From contig JBBAQZ010000018.1 in the NCBI GenBank assembly GCA_040400045.1, positions 1-43,591 on the forward strand: 43,591 nt of DNA, read 5' to 3'. Source of the DNA: Myxococcaceae bacterium (GTDB taxonomy: Bacteria > Myxococcota > Myxococcia > Myxococcales > Myxococcaceae). Below, in pieces: positions 25,784 to 34,345 of the stretch. The notes beneath the pieces were generated by a model. That model saw only the letters and a program-made list of their open reading frames with translations, searched no databases and was not told where the DNA came from. How positions within the stretch are numbered: position 1 is the first letter of the stretch; the number at the start of each line of letters is the position of its first letter. Both the position numbers and the translations under genes were made by a program.

Positions 25784-27886
25784 ATGCGACGAACGTGGTG
25801 GTTGATCCTCCTGGCGGCGTGCGGCGACCGGCTCGTGGTTCCCGTGGGTTCAGGCGAGCTGGGCCTGCCAGACGCCGTTCAGTTCCCCGCGACCGCCCTC
25901 AGTTTCCCGAGGGAGCAGGCCTTTCCAGTGGTGAACCGTGGGCGCGCGCCGAAGACCGTCACGCTCTCGACCGCGGCGCCGTTCAGCGTGCCGACGGCGG
26001 TCCTCGAGGTGCCCGGCGGGGCGGAGGTCGCGCTCTCCATCGCCTTCACGCCCGTCGCGCTTGGCGTGGCGCAGGGCACGCTCGAGGTCGACGGCGTCTC
26101 CATTCCGCTCGAGGGCCTTGGCGTCACGGCGCCGGAGTGTGGCGCGGCCGGTCCGTGCGAGGTGGTGCGCTTCGACCCGAACACCGTCTCGTGCGTGCGG
26201 GGAGCGAAGGCGAACGGTACCGCCTGCGAGGACGCGCTCGGGTGCATCGAGGCGGGCGCGTGCGAGGAGGGGCGCTGCCTCGGCCGCGCGGCCCGCTGTG
26301 ACGACGCCGACGCGTGCACCACCGACGCGTGCGCCGTCGGCCGGGGCTGCCGACACGAGGCCGTCGAGTGCGCCGCCTCCACCACCCCCTGCCTCGCGCC
26401 GCGCTGCGACCCGCGCCTTGGCTGCACCACCTCGCCGGTCCAGGACGGCACGCCCTGTGGTGCGGTGAGCTGCGAGCTGGCCAACGTCTGCCTCGCGGGC
26501 GCCTGCCGCACGGTCGTTCCACCCGAGGGCTTCACCTGCGCGCCGGAGTCTGCCTGCCGCGGGGAAGGCGTCTGTCGCGCCAAGCAGTGCGTGACACCAC
26601 CCCAGCGAGACCTGAAGCCGCGCTGGACGTACACCTCGAACGACGGCGACCTCCGCTTCGAGGGCGTCACCGACGCGCAGGGCCACTGGTACTGGCTCGA
26701 GTGCGGCGCCGGCGCGATGCCGCAGCCCGGCCATCGGTGCTCTGCCGTCTCGCGCACCGCCGACGGGCTCGAGCGCTTCCGCACCGACGTCACCGGACCC
26801 GGCGTGCTGCGCGGGACGACCTCGCACACGCAGCTCCTCGCGGACGGCCGCTTCATCTTCGTCACCAACGAGACCACCCTCGTTGCGGTCGACGCGACCT
26901 CGGGCGCGCTGGTCTGGCAACGCACGATGACCAGCCTGCCTTCGACCGGCTTCAGGGGCATCGCCGAGCTCGCAGAGGACGGCCACGGCCAGCTGTGGAC
27001 AGTGGTACGCAGCGAGCAGAACCGCCAGCTGCGAGACGCCCTCGTACGCCTCGACGCCTCCACCGGTGCCCTACGCGGAGAGTCGATTCAGCAGGCGAGC
27101 CTGCGTGGCCTCGTGCTCGACGACGCCGGGCGTGCGTTCGCGCTCCGGCGCCCCCCTGATGGCCTTCCAGGAGGCTTCTCTGCGCTCGTCCGGTTCGAGC
27201 CCGACGGCTCCGAGCGCTTCGCCGTGCAGCTGCCCATCGGCCAGCTCCCGGTGATGGTGCTGGGAGAGCGCGTGGTGCTGCAGGACGACTCGGTGCGCAG
27301 CGCGATCGATGGCCGTGAGCTCGAGCCGCCGCTCATGGCCGACTGGACGGCCTGGCAGTGGACTGGCGTCGGCGCCGACGCGACGACCCGCTTGCGTGTC
27401 ACCCAGTCCACCCTCGACTTGCTGCCCTCGACCATCGCGCTGCACGTGACGACGCGAGGGCAGCGCCTGAAGGCCTTCGAGGTCGTCGCGAGCCGCGCGA
27501 GCGATCTGCACCTCACGGCGGGCGGCGAGGCCCTCTTCCTGACTGCCGACGAGCAGGGCCGCGCGTCGGCCGCCGCCGCGACCCATGTTCGGCAGGTGCA
27601 CCCGCGCGGGCTCGAGCTGATGAGCTGCAACCTCGTGGACGAGGCCTTCTGGCGCGGAGGCGCGCCGCTCGGGCCGCTGCAGTTTGGCCGGGAGACGGGC
27701 TTCAATGGCCGATGGCTCGCGGTGCGCTCCCTGCCTCTCGACGGTCCGGCCTGGCAAGCCGATTTCGATTTCTGGGCGCCGCCTCGGCTCGCCTTCTACG
27801 ACCTCGGTCGTCCGGGCCCAGGCGTCGGCCCACGCGGCTGGGTCGGCCCACGGGGAACGCCTGGCGGAAGTCAGCGAGCGCGCTGA
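25784..27886 (+). CDS. Large lipoprotein with myxobacterial Cys-rich repeats (CxxDACTTDAC-type) followed by a beta-propeller-like region.
   Basis: Lipobox WWLILLAAC. The Cys-rich module spans roughly 26130-26590 (CDDADACTTDACAVGRGC, CAASTTPCLAPRCDPRLGC, CGAVSCELANVCLAGAC). Later come repeated ...LVAVDATSGALVWQ... propeller-like strands. Confidence 0.65.
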   Translation: MRRTWWLILLAACGDRLVVPVGSGELGLPDAVQFPATALSFPREQAFPVVNRGRAPKTVTLSTAAPFSVPTAVLEVPGGAEVALSIAFTPVALGVAQGTLEVDGVSIPLEGLGVTAPECGAAGPCEVVRFDPNTVSCVRGAKANGTACEDALGCIEAGACEEGRCLGRAARCDDADACTTDACAVGRGCRHEAVECAASTTPCLAPRCDPRLGCTTSPVQDGTPCGAVSCELANVCLAGACRTVVPPEGFTCAPESACRGEGVCRAKQCVTPPQRDLKPRWTYTSNDGDLRFEGVTDAQGHWYWLECGAGAMPQPGHRCSAVSRTADGLERFRTDVTGPGVLRGTTSHTQLLADGRFIFVTNETTLVAVDATSGALVWQRTMTSLPSTGFRGIAELAEDGHGQLWTVVRSEQNRQLRDALVRLDASTGALRGESIQQASLRGLVLDDAGRAFALRRPPDGLPGGFSALVRFEPDGSERFAVQLPIGQLPVMVLGERVVLQDDSVRSAIDGRELEPPLMADWTAWQWTGVGADATTRLRVTQSTLDLLPSTIALHVTTRGQRLKAFEVVASRASDLHLTAGGEALFLTADEQGRASAAAATHVRQVHPRGLELMSCNLVDEAFWRGGAPLGPLQFGRETGFNGRWLAVRSLPLDGPAWQADFDFWAPPRLAFYDLGRPGPGVGPRGWVGPRGTPGGSQRAR

Positions 27887-28029
27887 GCCCCGGCCCTCGC
27901 CGCGTGAAGCCCGCGAAGGTGCGCTCCGCGCAGGCCTGCCAGCGCGTGCGGGACCGCAGAAGTCGCGCCTTCACGCCACCACGCATGCAGGAGGGCGCCG
28001 TCGGCGACGCTGGTTATGGTGCCGACGCC

Positions 28030-28572
28030 ATGATCGCCTCGACCCGCTCACTCCTCGTCTCGTTCGCACTGCTCACCGGGTGCACTGCCAGCACGACGGA
28101 GCGCCTCAAGCTGTCTCCCCTGGCGACGGTCCCGAAGGTCGAGCTCAGCCGCTACCTCGGCACCTGGTACGAGATCGCCAGCTTCCCGCAGCGCTTCCAG
28201 CGCGGGTGCACGGGGACGACGGCGAACTACACGCTCCGGGAAGACGGGCAGATCGACGTGCTCAACCGCTGCCGCAAGGAGCGCCTCGAAGGTGAGGAGA
28301 GCGTCGCGAAGGGCCGCGCGCGCGTGGTGGACTCGACGACGAACGCGAAGCTGCAGGTCAGCTTCTTTCGTCCCTTCTGGGGCGACTACTGGGTCATCGA
28401 CCTCGGCGCGGAGTACGAGTTCGCCGTCGTCGGCCACCCCGGCCGCGACTTCCTCTGGGTCCTGAGCCGCACGCCGACGATGGAGCCCGCGATGTACGAG
28501 GACATCGTCTCGCGGTTGAGAGCGCACGGCTACGAGACGGACCGGCTGGTGAAGACGCTCCAGCCGGGCTGA
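28030..28572 (+). CDS. blc: Bacterial lipocalin Blc (outer-membrane lipoprotein), 180 aa.
   Basis: Internal ATG at 28030 gives the lipobox LLVSFALLTGC. The lipocalin SCR1 motif YLGTWYEIA and conserved FAVVGHPGRDFLWVLSRTP are present. The 27358-28029 extension is rejected. Confidence 0.8.
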   Translation: MIASTRSLLVSFALLTGCTASTTERLKLSPLATVPKVELSRYLGTWYEIASFPQRFQRGCTGTTANYTLREDGQIDVLNRCRKERLEGEESVAKGRARVVDSTTNAKLQVSFFRPFWGDYWVIDLGAEYEFAVVGHPGRDFLWVLSRTPTMEPAMYEDIVSRLRAHGYETDRLVKTLQPG

Positions 28573-28620
28573 TCGGGCTCAACCCGCCGGCGGCCGCCAG
28601 TGCGCTCCGAAGACCTGCCG

Positions 28621-31113
28621 TCACTGCGCGGGAATGCGGAACGTGCCTTCCTTGCAGCCGACCTGCACCTCGTTGATGAGGTTGGGCGCGGTGGGGTCGA
28701 ACACGAAGCTCTGCACCGCGAACTCCCGGCGCGCGCCGGGAATGAGCGAGGCGAACGCCATGCGGCGCTGGCCGGGGGCGTAGAGGGTGCAGGCGTTCCA
28801 GCTGAACTTCGAGGTGTTCTGCAGGAAGACGGCCCAGACCGGGTCGGTCTGCAACTTGAGCAGTCCGGTCATCGAACCCTTCCCAGCAGCCGGTGCGCCC
28901 GTCGCGGCCGCCGCGGGAGCGCTCCCCGTTGCGTCGAGTGACGCGAAGCGCGCGCCCGTCGCCTTCGCGGCGTCGGGATCGAGCAGCACGCGACCCAGCT
29001 TGCCCTGCACCTCCATCACGGTCGCCGTGCCGAGCTTCAGGCGCTTTCCGTCGTTCTGCGTCGGGCCGACGATGACGAGCTCCTGGCCGGCGACGAGGCC
29101 TTCAGGCTTGCCGGCGCGCACGTACAGCTTGTCGCCGTCGGCGAAGAGCTCGACGGCCTTCTTCACGTCGAGGCTGTTGCTGGGCGCCGCGACCTCTTTC
29201 ACGTCACCGATGGCGACGAAGCGGTCTCCCGACGCGCCCGTGGCCTCGGCGTCGAGCGCGAGCCGCGACATCTTCGGGAACACCTCCATCACGGTGCCGG
29301 TGCCAACGCGCGTGCGCTTTCCATCGGCGCCCGGGCCGCTCACGATGACGAGGGTCTGGCCCACGACGAGACCGTCCGGAGTGCCCGCGCGGGCATACGT
29401 CTTGTTCGCGTCGGTGAAGAGCTCGACGGCCCGCTTCACCTCGATGCTCACCGGGCCACCCGGCTTCGAAGGCGCGGTGACCTTCACGTCGCCCAGCGCA
29501 GCGAAGCGGGCTCCCTGGGCTTGAGCCGCGGCCGCGTCGAGCGCCACGCGAGCCATCTTCGGGAAGAGCTCCATCACGGTGCCGCTGCCGACCTGCTGCC
29601 GCTTCCCGTCACTCCCGGGCGCGCCGATGATGATCAGCGTGCCGCCGACGACGAGGCCGTCTCCCTGGCCCGCGCGCACGTACGTCTTGTCACCGTCGAC
29701 GAAGAGCTCGGCGGTCTTCTTCGCCTCGACGACGTCTCCGGTCGCCGCCTGCACCGTGTCGGTGATGGGCGGAACGATGACGGGCGTCGGGTCCTTCGGT
29801 GGCTCGGGCGGGCGCTCGTCAGGCGGTGGCGTCGGACCGCCTTTCACCACCTCGACGGGCTTCAGCGGCGCGACCGCCACCGGCGTCTGCTCGATCGTCA
29901 ACGTGCTGCTGCGCATGGAGGAGATGGCGTACCCGCCGCCGATGAGCACCAGCGCAGCGGCGAGGACGGCGCCGATGATGACGGGCGCTTTCGACGGTGG
30001 AAGGGCTGCGGCCTGGAGTTGCGCGGTGGTCATGGGGGCTCCCTGGTCTGGTGAAGGTGCTGCGGCAGGCGAGGTGCGCTCGACGGCGCGGTGCGTGGCG
30101 GTCGGCTTGACGAGGGTCGGCTCGATGGGGTCCGAGACCGGCAGGCTCCGAAGGGTGGTCACCCGCGTGAGCAGCGCCTGCGTCGACTGGTACTCCGACG
30201 CGCAGAACTGCTTCACGAAGTCACCGATCTGCACCTTCGACGGCATGCCCGACAGCTTGAGCAGCTCGTCGAGCAACGCGCGGGCGAAGTCGTCGGTGGT
30301 GGGGAAGCGATGGTCGGGGTCCGCCGACAGCGCCTTGAGCACCACGGTCTCGAGCGAAGCGGGCACTTCGGGGCGCAGCGGCGAGATCGGCTTGAGCGCG
30401 GGTGTCGCCATCGCCACCACCATCTCGGTGAGCGTCCCGCGCGGCACGAAGGGGCGGTTGGCGAGCAACTCCCACAGGCAGATGCCCAGCGCGTATTGAT
30501 CGGCCCGGTGGTCGACGTTCTCGCCGCGCGCCTGCTCCGGCGCCATGTAGCCGAGCTTGCCCATCACTGACGGGGCGCCCGTCATCTTGCTGCGCGCTTC
30601 CGACTTGGCGATGCCGAAGTCGATGACCTTCACCTCGCCCTCGTACGACACCATGAGGTTCTGAGGGCTGACGTCGCGGTGCACGATGTTCATCGGCGAG
30701 CCGTCGACGGCAGTCTTGCGGTGCGCGGAGCCGAGGCCTTCGGCGGCCTGCTGCACCAGGTAGACGCTGACCGGCACCGGCAGCACCTGGTTCGAGTCAC
30801 GCACGTGCTGATGGAGCCGCGCGAGATCGACGCCCGCCACGTACTCGAGCGCGAGGTAGAGCGTGCCGCCCTCGTCACCCATGTCGAACACCTGGGCGAT
30901 GTTCGAGTGCTGTAGCTGCGTCAGCACCCGGCCTTCATGGAGGAACCGCGAGACGAACGACTGGTCCTTCGCGATGGCGGGCAGCACCATCTTCACGATG
31001 CAGAGCTTCTCGAAGCCTCCGGTGCCGGTGAGGCGCGCGAGCCAGACCGAGCCCATGCCGCCTTCACCGAGCTGTTCGAGGAGCTCGTATCGTCCCAACT
31101 TCTGAAGCGCCAT
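28621..31113 (-). CDS. Ser/Thr protein kinase (830 aa) with an N-terminal kinase domain, Pro-rich linker, single TM helix, three tandem ~90-aa extracytoplasmic repeats and a C-terminal Cys-containing domain.
   Basis: GEGGMGSVWLA, CIVKMV (VAIK-like Lys), HRDVSPQNLMV, DFGIA, and GYMAPE. TM segment VIIGAVLAAALVLIGGGYAI. The repeats are described separately. Confidence 0.85.
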   Translation of the reverse strand: MALQKLGRYELLEQLGEGGMGSVWLARLTGTGGFEKLCIVKMVLPAIAKDQSFVSRFLHEGRVLTQLQHSNIAQVFDMGDEGGTLYLALEYVAGVDLARLHQHVRDSNQVLPVPVSVYLVQQAAEGLGSAHRKTAVDGSPMNIVHRDVSPQNLMVSYEGEVKVIDFGIAKSEARSKMTGAPSVMGKLGYMAPEQARGENVDHRADQYALGICLWELLANRPFVPRGTLTEMVVAMATPALKPISPLRPEVPASLETVVLKALSADPDHRFPTTDDFARALLDELLKLSGMPSKVQIGDFVKQFCASEYQSTQALLTRVTTLRSLPVSDPIEPTLVKPTATHRAVERTSPAAAPSPDQGAPMTTAQLQAAALPPSKAPVIIGAVLAAALVLIGGGYAISSMRSSTLTIEQTPVAVAPLKPVEVVKGGPTPPPDERPPEPPKDPTPVIVPPITDTVQAATGDVVEAKKTAELFVDGDKTYVRAGQGDGLVVGGTLIIIGAPGSDGKRQQVGSGTVMELFPKMARVALDAAAAQAQGARFAALGDVKVTAPSKPGGPVSIEVKRAVELFTDANKTYARAGTPDGLVVGQTLVIVSGPGADGKRTRVGTGTVMEVFPKMSRLALDAEATGASGDRFVAIGDVKEVAAPSNSLDVKKAVELFADGDKLYVRAGKPEGLVAGQELVIVGPTQNDGKRLKLGTATVMEVQGKLGRVLLDPDAAKATGARFASLDATGSAPAAAATGAPAAGKGSMTGLLKLQTDPVWAVFLQNTSKFSWNACTLYAPGQRRMAFASLIPGARREFAVQSFVFDPTAPNLINEVQVGCKEGTFRIPAQ
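28924..29712 (-). repeat. Three tandem in-frame ~270-nt (~90-aa) repeats inside the kinase gene (consensus AVELFxDGDKTYVRAG.PDGLVVGQTLVIVG.PG.DGKR..VGTGTVMEVFPKM.RLALDA.A.GA.GARFAAxGDVK).
   Basis: The same motif series (ELF-DG-K-Y-RAG ... GLV-G-L-I-G ... DGKR ... GT-TVME ... ARFA) recurs three times in the translated sequence. It is also visible in the + strand ORF 28787..29524 as triplicated text. Confidence 0.7.
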
Positions 31114-31131
31114 GTGGTGGTCCTCAGTCTT

Positions 31132-32643
31132 CTACGCCTTCGACGATTCACCACCTGCTTTCTGCACCCGGCGCTTCACACCCTGGGTCACGGCCCACGC
31201 GGCGAGGCCGATGCCGAAGATGACGCTGACCCAGATGGTGAGTGAGGGGACGGCGTAGAGGCTCCCGCTCCCCAGGGGCAGCGAGAGGCCTGCCAGGCCC
31301 GCCAGCACGGCATCGAACGCGGGGTCGCTCGCGTGACCGAGCTTCACCAGCATCAGGCCAGACGACGTGAAGCCGACGTAGAGCATCCAAGCGGAGGCGC
31401 AGAGGTAGAGGAACGCAGCCGCGAGGCCCAGCGCGCTCGGTCTCGGCGTTCCCTCGAGCGGCTTCACGGCGAGGCGGAAGAGGCCGGCGACGGTGAGCGC
31501 CGCGAAGAAGACCAGAATGGCGCCGACGTTCGCGAGCACCGTGCGGAGCTCGTGGGTGAAGAGCACCAGGAGCGAGAGGGCTCCCTGGAGCAGCACCGCC
31601 GCGGTCGGCGCCTGGCCCTCCGTCCCCGCGAGGAACGAGGGCAGCACGCCGTCCTTCGCCATCACCGCGTACACCCGCGGGCCGACGAGCGTCATGGCGC
31701 TGATGGCCGAGATGAAGAGCACCAGGGTCACTGCGCTCATCACCTTCGCCGCGCCCGCACCGAGCAACTTCGCCATCACGGCCTGGCCGAGCGTCACGGT
31801 GTCGAACTGGGCGGCGCCCGAGGTGAACGCATCGTACCGGAACACCACCGTGCCCTGCTCAGGGGTGAGGTTGGCGACGAAGATGAAGTTCACCACCAGG
31901 TACAGCAGCGCCACGACGAAGCAGCCGATCATCATCGCGCGCGGCACGGTGCGCTCGGGATCCTCGAAGTCGTCAGCCGCGTACACCGCCGCGTTCCAGC
32001 CCGAGTAGGCGAACGCGATGTAGAAGAGGCTCGACGCGAACCCGCTGAAGCTCTCTCCATCAAACGACGGCGGCGTCCACGTCGGCCACGCAGCCGAGCC
32101 CGCGAACAGGCCCACCAGCACGAAGCCCATCAGCAGCGCGACCTTCACCGCGACGAGCCCGTTCTGCACCCGCGCCGACAGGTGCAGCCCGAGCGCGTGG
32201 AGCAGGGTGAGGAGGATGATGAGGCCAGCTCCGAAGAGGCGCGGGTCGAGCACGGGGAAGAGGACCCGCGCGAACGCTCCGGCCGCGAGCGCGTCGAGAG
32301 CGATGGGCGCCGAGAAGCCGACGAGCAGCGAGCCCCAACCTGCGACGTACCCGAGCGCCGGGTGTAGCAGCGTACCGACGTACCGGTACTCGCCGCCGCC
32401 AGAGGGAAGGAAGCGGGCGATCTCTGCGTACGCGCGCGCTCCGGCGAGCGCGAGGACTCCACCCACCACCCAGGCGAGCAGAATGGTGCCGGGCTTCATC
32501 GACTGCGCCATGAAGCCGGTGGAGAGGAAGACGCCGGCGCCGACCATGTTGGCGATGACGAGGCCGACGCCCGACCACAGCCCGAAGGAACGAGTGGTGC
32601 TCACGGAGCCGCGGGGTGTACCGCAGCACCGCGCTGAATACAT
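31132..32643 (-). CDS. APC-superfamily amino-acid permease, about 503 aa with 12 predicted TM segments.
   Basis: Internal ATG at 32641-32643 (reverse strand, MYSARCCGTP, GAGG upstream) precedes the first TM GVGLVIANMVGAGVFLSTGF, an APC-family signature region. The 88-codon N-terminal extension of the tracked ORF is non-protein-like. It ends 18 nt before the kinase start. Confidence 0.8.
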   Translation of the reverse strand: MYSARCCGTPRGSVSTTRSFGLWSGVGLVIANMVGAGVFLSTGFMAQSMKPGTILLAWVVGGVLALAGARAYAEIARFLPSGGGEYRYVGTLLHPALGYVAGWGSLLVGFSAPIALDALAAGAFARVLFPVLDPRLFGAGLIILLTLLHALGLHLSARVQNGLVAVKVALLMGFVLVGLFAGSAAWPTWTPPSFDGESFSGFASSLFYIAFAYSGWNAAVYAADDFEDPERTVPRAMMIGCFVVALLYLVVNFIFVANLTPEQGTVVFRYDAFTSGAAQFDTVTLGQAVMAKLLGAGAAKVMSAVTLVLFISAISAMTLVGPRVYAVMAKDGVLPSFLAGTEGQAPTAAVLLQGALSLLVLFTHELRTVLANVGAILVFFAALTVAGLFRLAVKPLEGTPRPSALGLAAAFLYLCASAWMLYVGFTSSGLMLVKLGHASDPAFDAVLAGLAGLSLPLGSGSLYAVPSLTIWVSVIFGIGLAAWAVTQGVKRRVQKAGGESSKA

Positions 32644-32686
32644 GTGTCCTCGCCTCGTCCGTGCCGTTCGGAGATTCTGCGCGAAC

Positions 32687-34246
32687 ATGCACACCAGGCT
32701 CGCAGTCCTCACGGTGACCGTCTTCGCGTCGTTCGGGTGCTCCGCAGCGTTTCTGGCGGCGAAGCGTGGGCAGGATGCGCTCGACCGCGGCGACGTCGAA
32801 GCGGCGATGGCGGAGTACTGGTCGGCCTGCCGGCAGAGCGACGACAAGGACTGGTGCGAGCGCGCTGACCGGCTGTACCTCGACTTGAAGGTGACGCTGC
32901 TCACCGAGGCGACGCCGGTGTGCGGTCAACGCGGCCAGGAGCGGAGGTGCTTCGACATTCTCAACCGTGCGCGACGCATCAAGGATGACCCACAGCTCGC
33001 CGCGCTCGCTGACGCGTCGGGAGGGACGTGGCTCGAGTCGTGCCGCGCGTCACCGGTGAATACCACCATCGACGCCGTCGTTCGCGTGCGCTGCATCAGC
33101 ACGGTGAAGGCCGACGTGAACACGCCGGCCTACGAGCAACAGCTGACCCGGGAGCGACAGCAGCTCGCGCAGTTCGTCGGCGCGCAGGCGAAGGTCGCGT
33201 CGGACAGCGGGCTGAAGGCGAACGCGGTCGGTCTGGGTTCGCTCGCGCGGTGCTTCTCGAAGGACGCCGTGTTGCCCGTGCCGCTCGACGTGCTCAATCG
33301 CGAGTTGCTGGTGAGGCTGCCGGTGTCTGCGGCGCTCGCGAGCGATGGGTTGGTCTCGGCGTCAGGCGCCTGCGCGGACCTGCAGCGGCTCTCGAAGGGC
33401 CGGCTGCGGTGTGTCGCCACCGGCGCCGAGGTCGGCGTTCGCGTGGGCCTCTCTCGCAGTCAGATGAGCCATGAGTGGAACGACACGCTCCACGATGTCA
33501 CCTACGTCGCGCGCCGGGAGCGCTACGACAACCCCGAGTGGTACCGGCTCGAAGGCCGCCGCGTCGAGTGTGAACGAAACGCGCGGACCGCGAGGCAAAA
33601 CGCGAAGCTGGCGGCCGATGACTGCTCGCTCGCGCAGAGCGACCTGAGCCGCGCGCGGTATTGTCAGAACTGCGAGGCCAGGCGAAACGAAGAGGCGTTC
33701 TGCCGCCGCAAGTCGACGATGGAGGACCTGCGTCGTGACGCGGAGCGCGAGCTCGACGACGTGGAGTCGCACCAGCGCCGAACCGACCGGGAGCTCATCA
33801 GGGAGATCACCGACGTCTACCGGTACACCCGCCGCACGCACACGTGGCAGCAGAACTTCCGTGTCGTCATCGCTGCCGCTGGGTCGCAGCTCCGCTCGCG
33901 TGATTTCACGGTGACGCTCACGCGCACGGGCGTCGACCAACCCGACTTCCAGCCGGCTGGCGTGAGTGGCTCGACGGCGCGCGTGCCGAGTCAGGACTCG
34001 CTGGACGCTGACGGTTTCGAGGAACTCGAAGAGGCGCTCGGAGCCTGGGTGAACGAGTCGCTGGGCACGCTGGCGCAGGCGCGGGAGGCGACCTGTTCGC
34101 CGGAGCAGGGCCGCCCGCAGCAGCTCGAGTGCAGGGTCGGCGCAGCGTTCCTGCGTGGCGAGGAGCCGGGCCGGTTCTACGTCGCCGAGTTGGGGAGAGA
34201 TGCAGACCGCGTGGCGAAGTACCCCGCAGCGCCGTGTTCGCCGTGA
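32687..34246 (+). CDS. Hypothetical lipoprotein, about 519 aa, rich in Arg/Glu/Cys.
   Basis: Internal ATG at 32687 gives MHTRLAVLTVTVFASFGC (lipobox). The upstream part of the tracked ORF is antisense to the permease. No domain recognised. Confidence 0.55.
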   Translation: MHTRLAVLTVTVFASFGCSAAFLAAKRGQDALDRGDVEAAMAEYWSACRQSDDKDWCERADRLYLDLKVTLLTEATPVCGQRGQERRCFDILNRARRIKDDPQLAALADASGGTWLESCRASPVNTTIDAVVRVRCISTVKADVNTPAYEQQLTRERQQLAQFVGAQAKVASDSGLKANAVGLGSLARCFSKDAVLPVPLDVLNRELLVRLPVSAALASDGLVSASGACADLQRLSKGRLRCVATGAEVGVRVGLSRSQMSHEWNDTLHDVTYVARRERYDNPEWYRLEGRRVECERNARTARQNAKLAADDCSLAQSDLSRARYCQNCEARRNEEAFCRRKSTMEDLRRDAERELDDVESHQRRTDRELIREITDVYRYTRRTHTWQQNFRVVIAAAGSQLRSRDFTVTLTRTGVDQPDFQPAGVSGSTARVPSQDSLDADGFEELEEALGAWVNESLGTLAQAREATCSPEQGRPQQLECRVGAAFLRGEEPGRFYVAELGRDADRVAKYPAAPCSP

Positions 34247-34345
34247 GCTGACGTCAGCTCCGCCCTCTCGCGTCGTCGGGTACGAGTTCACCTCCACTCG
34301 AAAAGCCGGCTCCTCGCGCTCGAGCCGGTCGCCTATCATCGGCGG

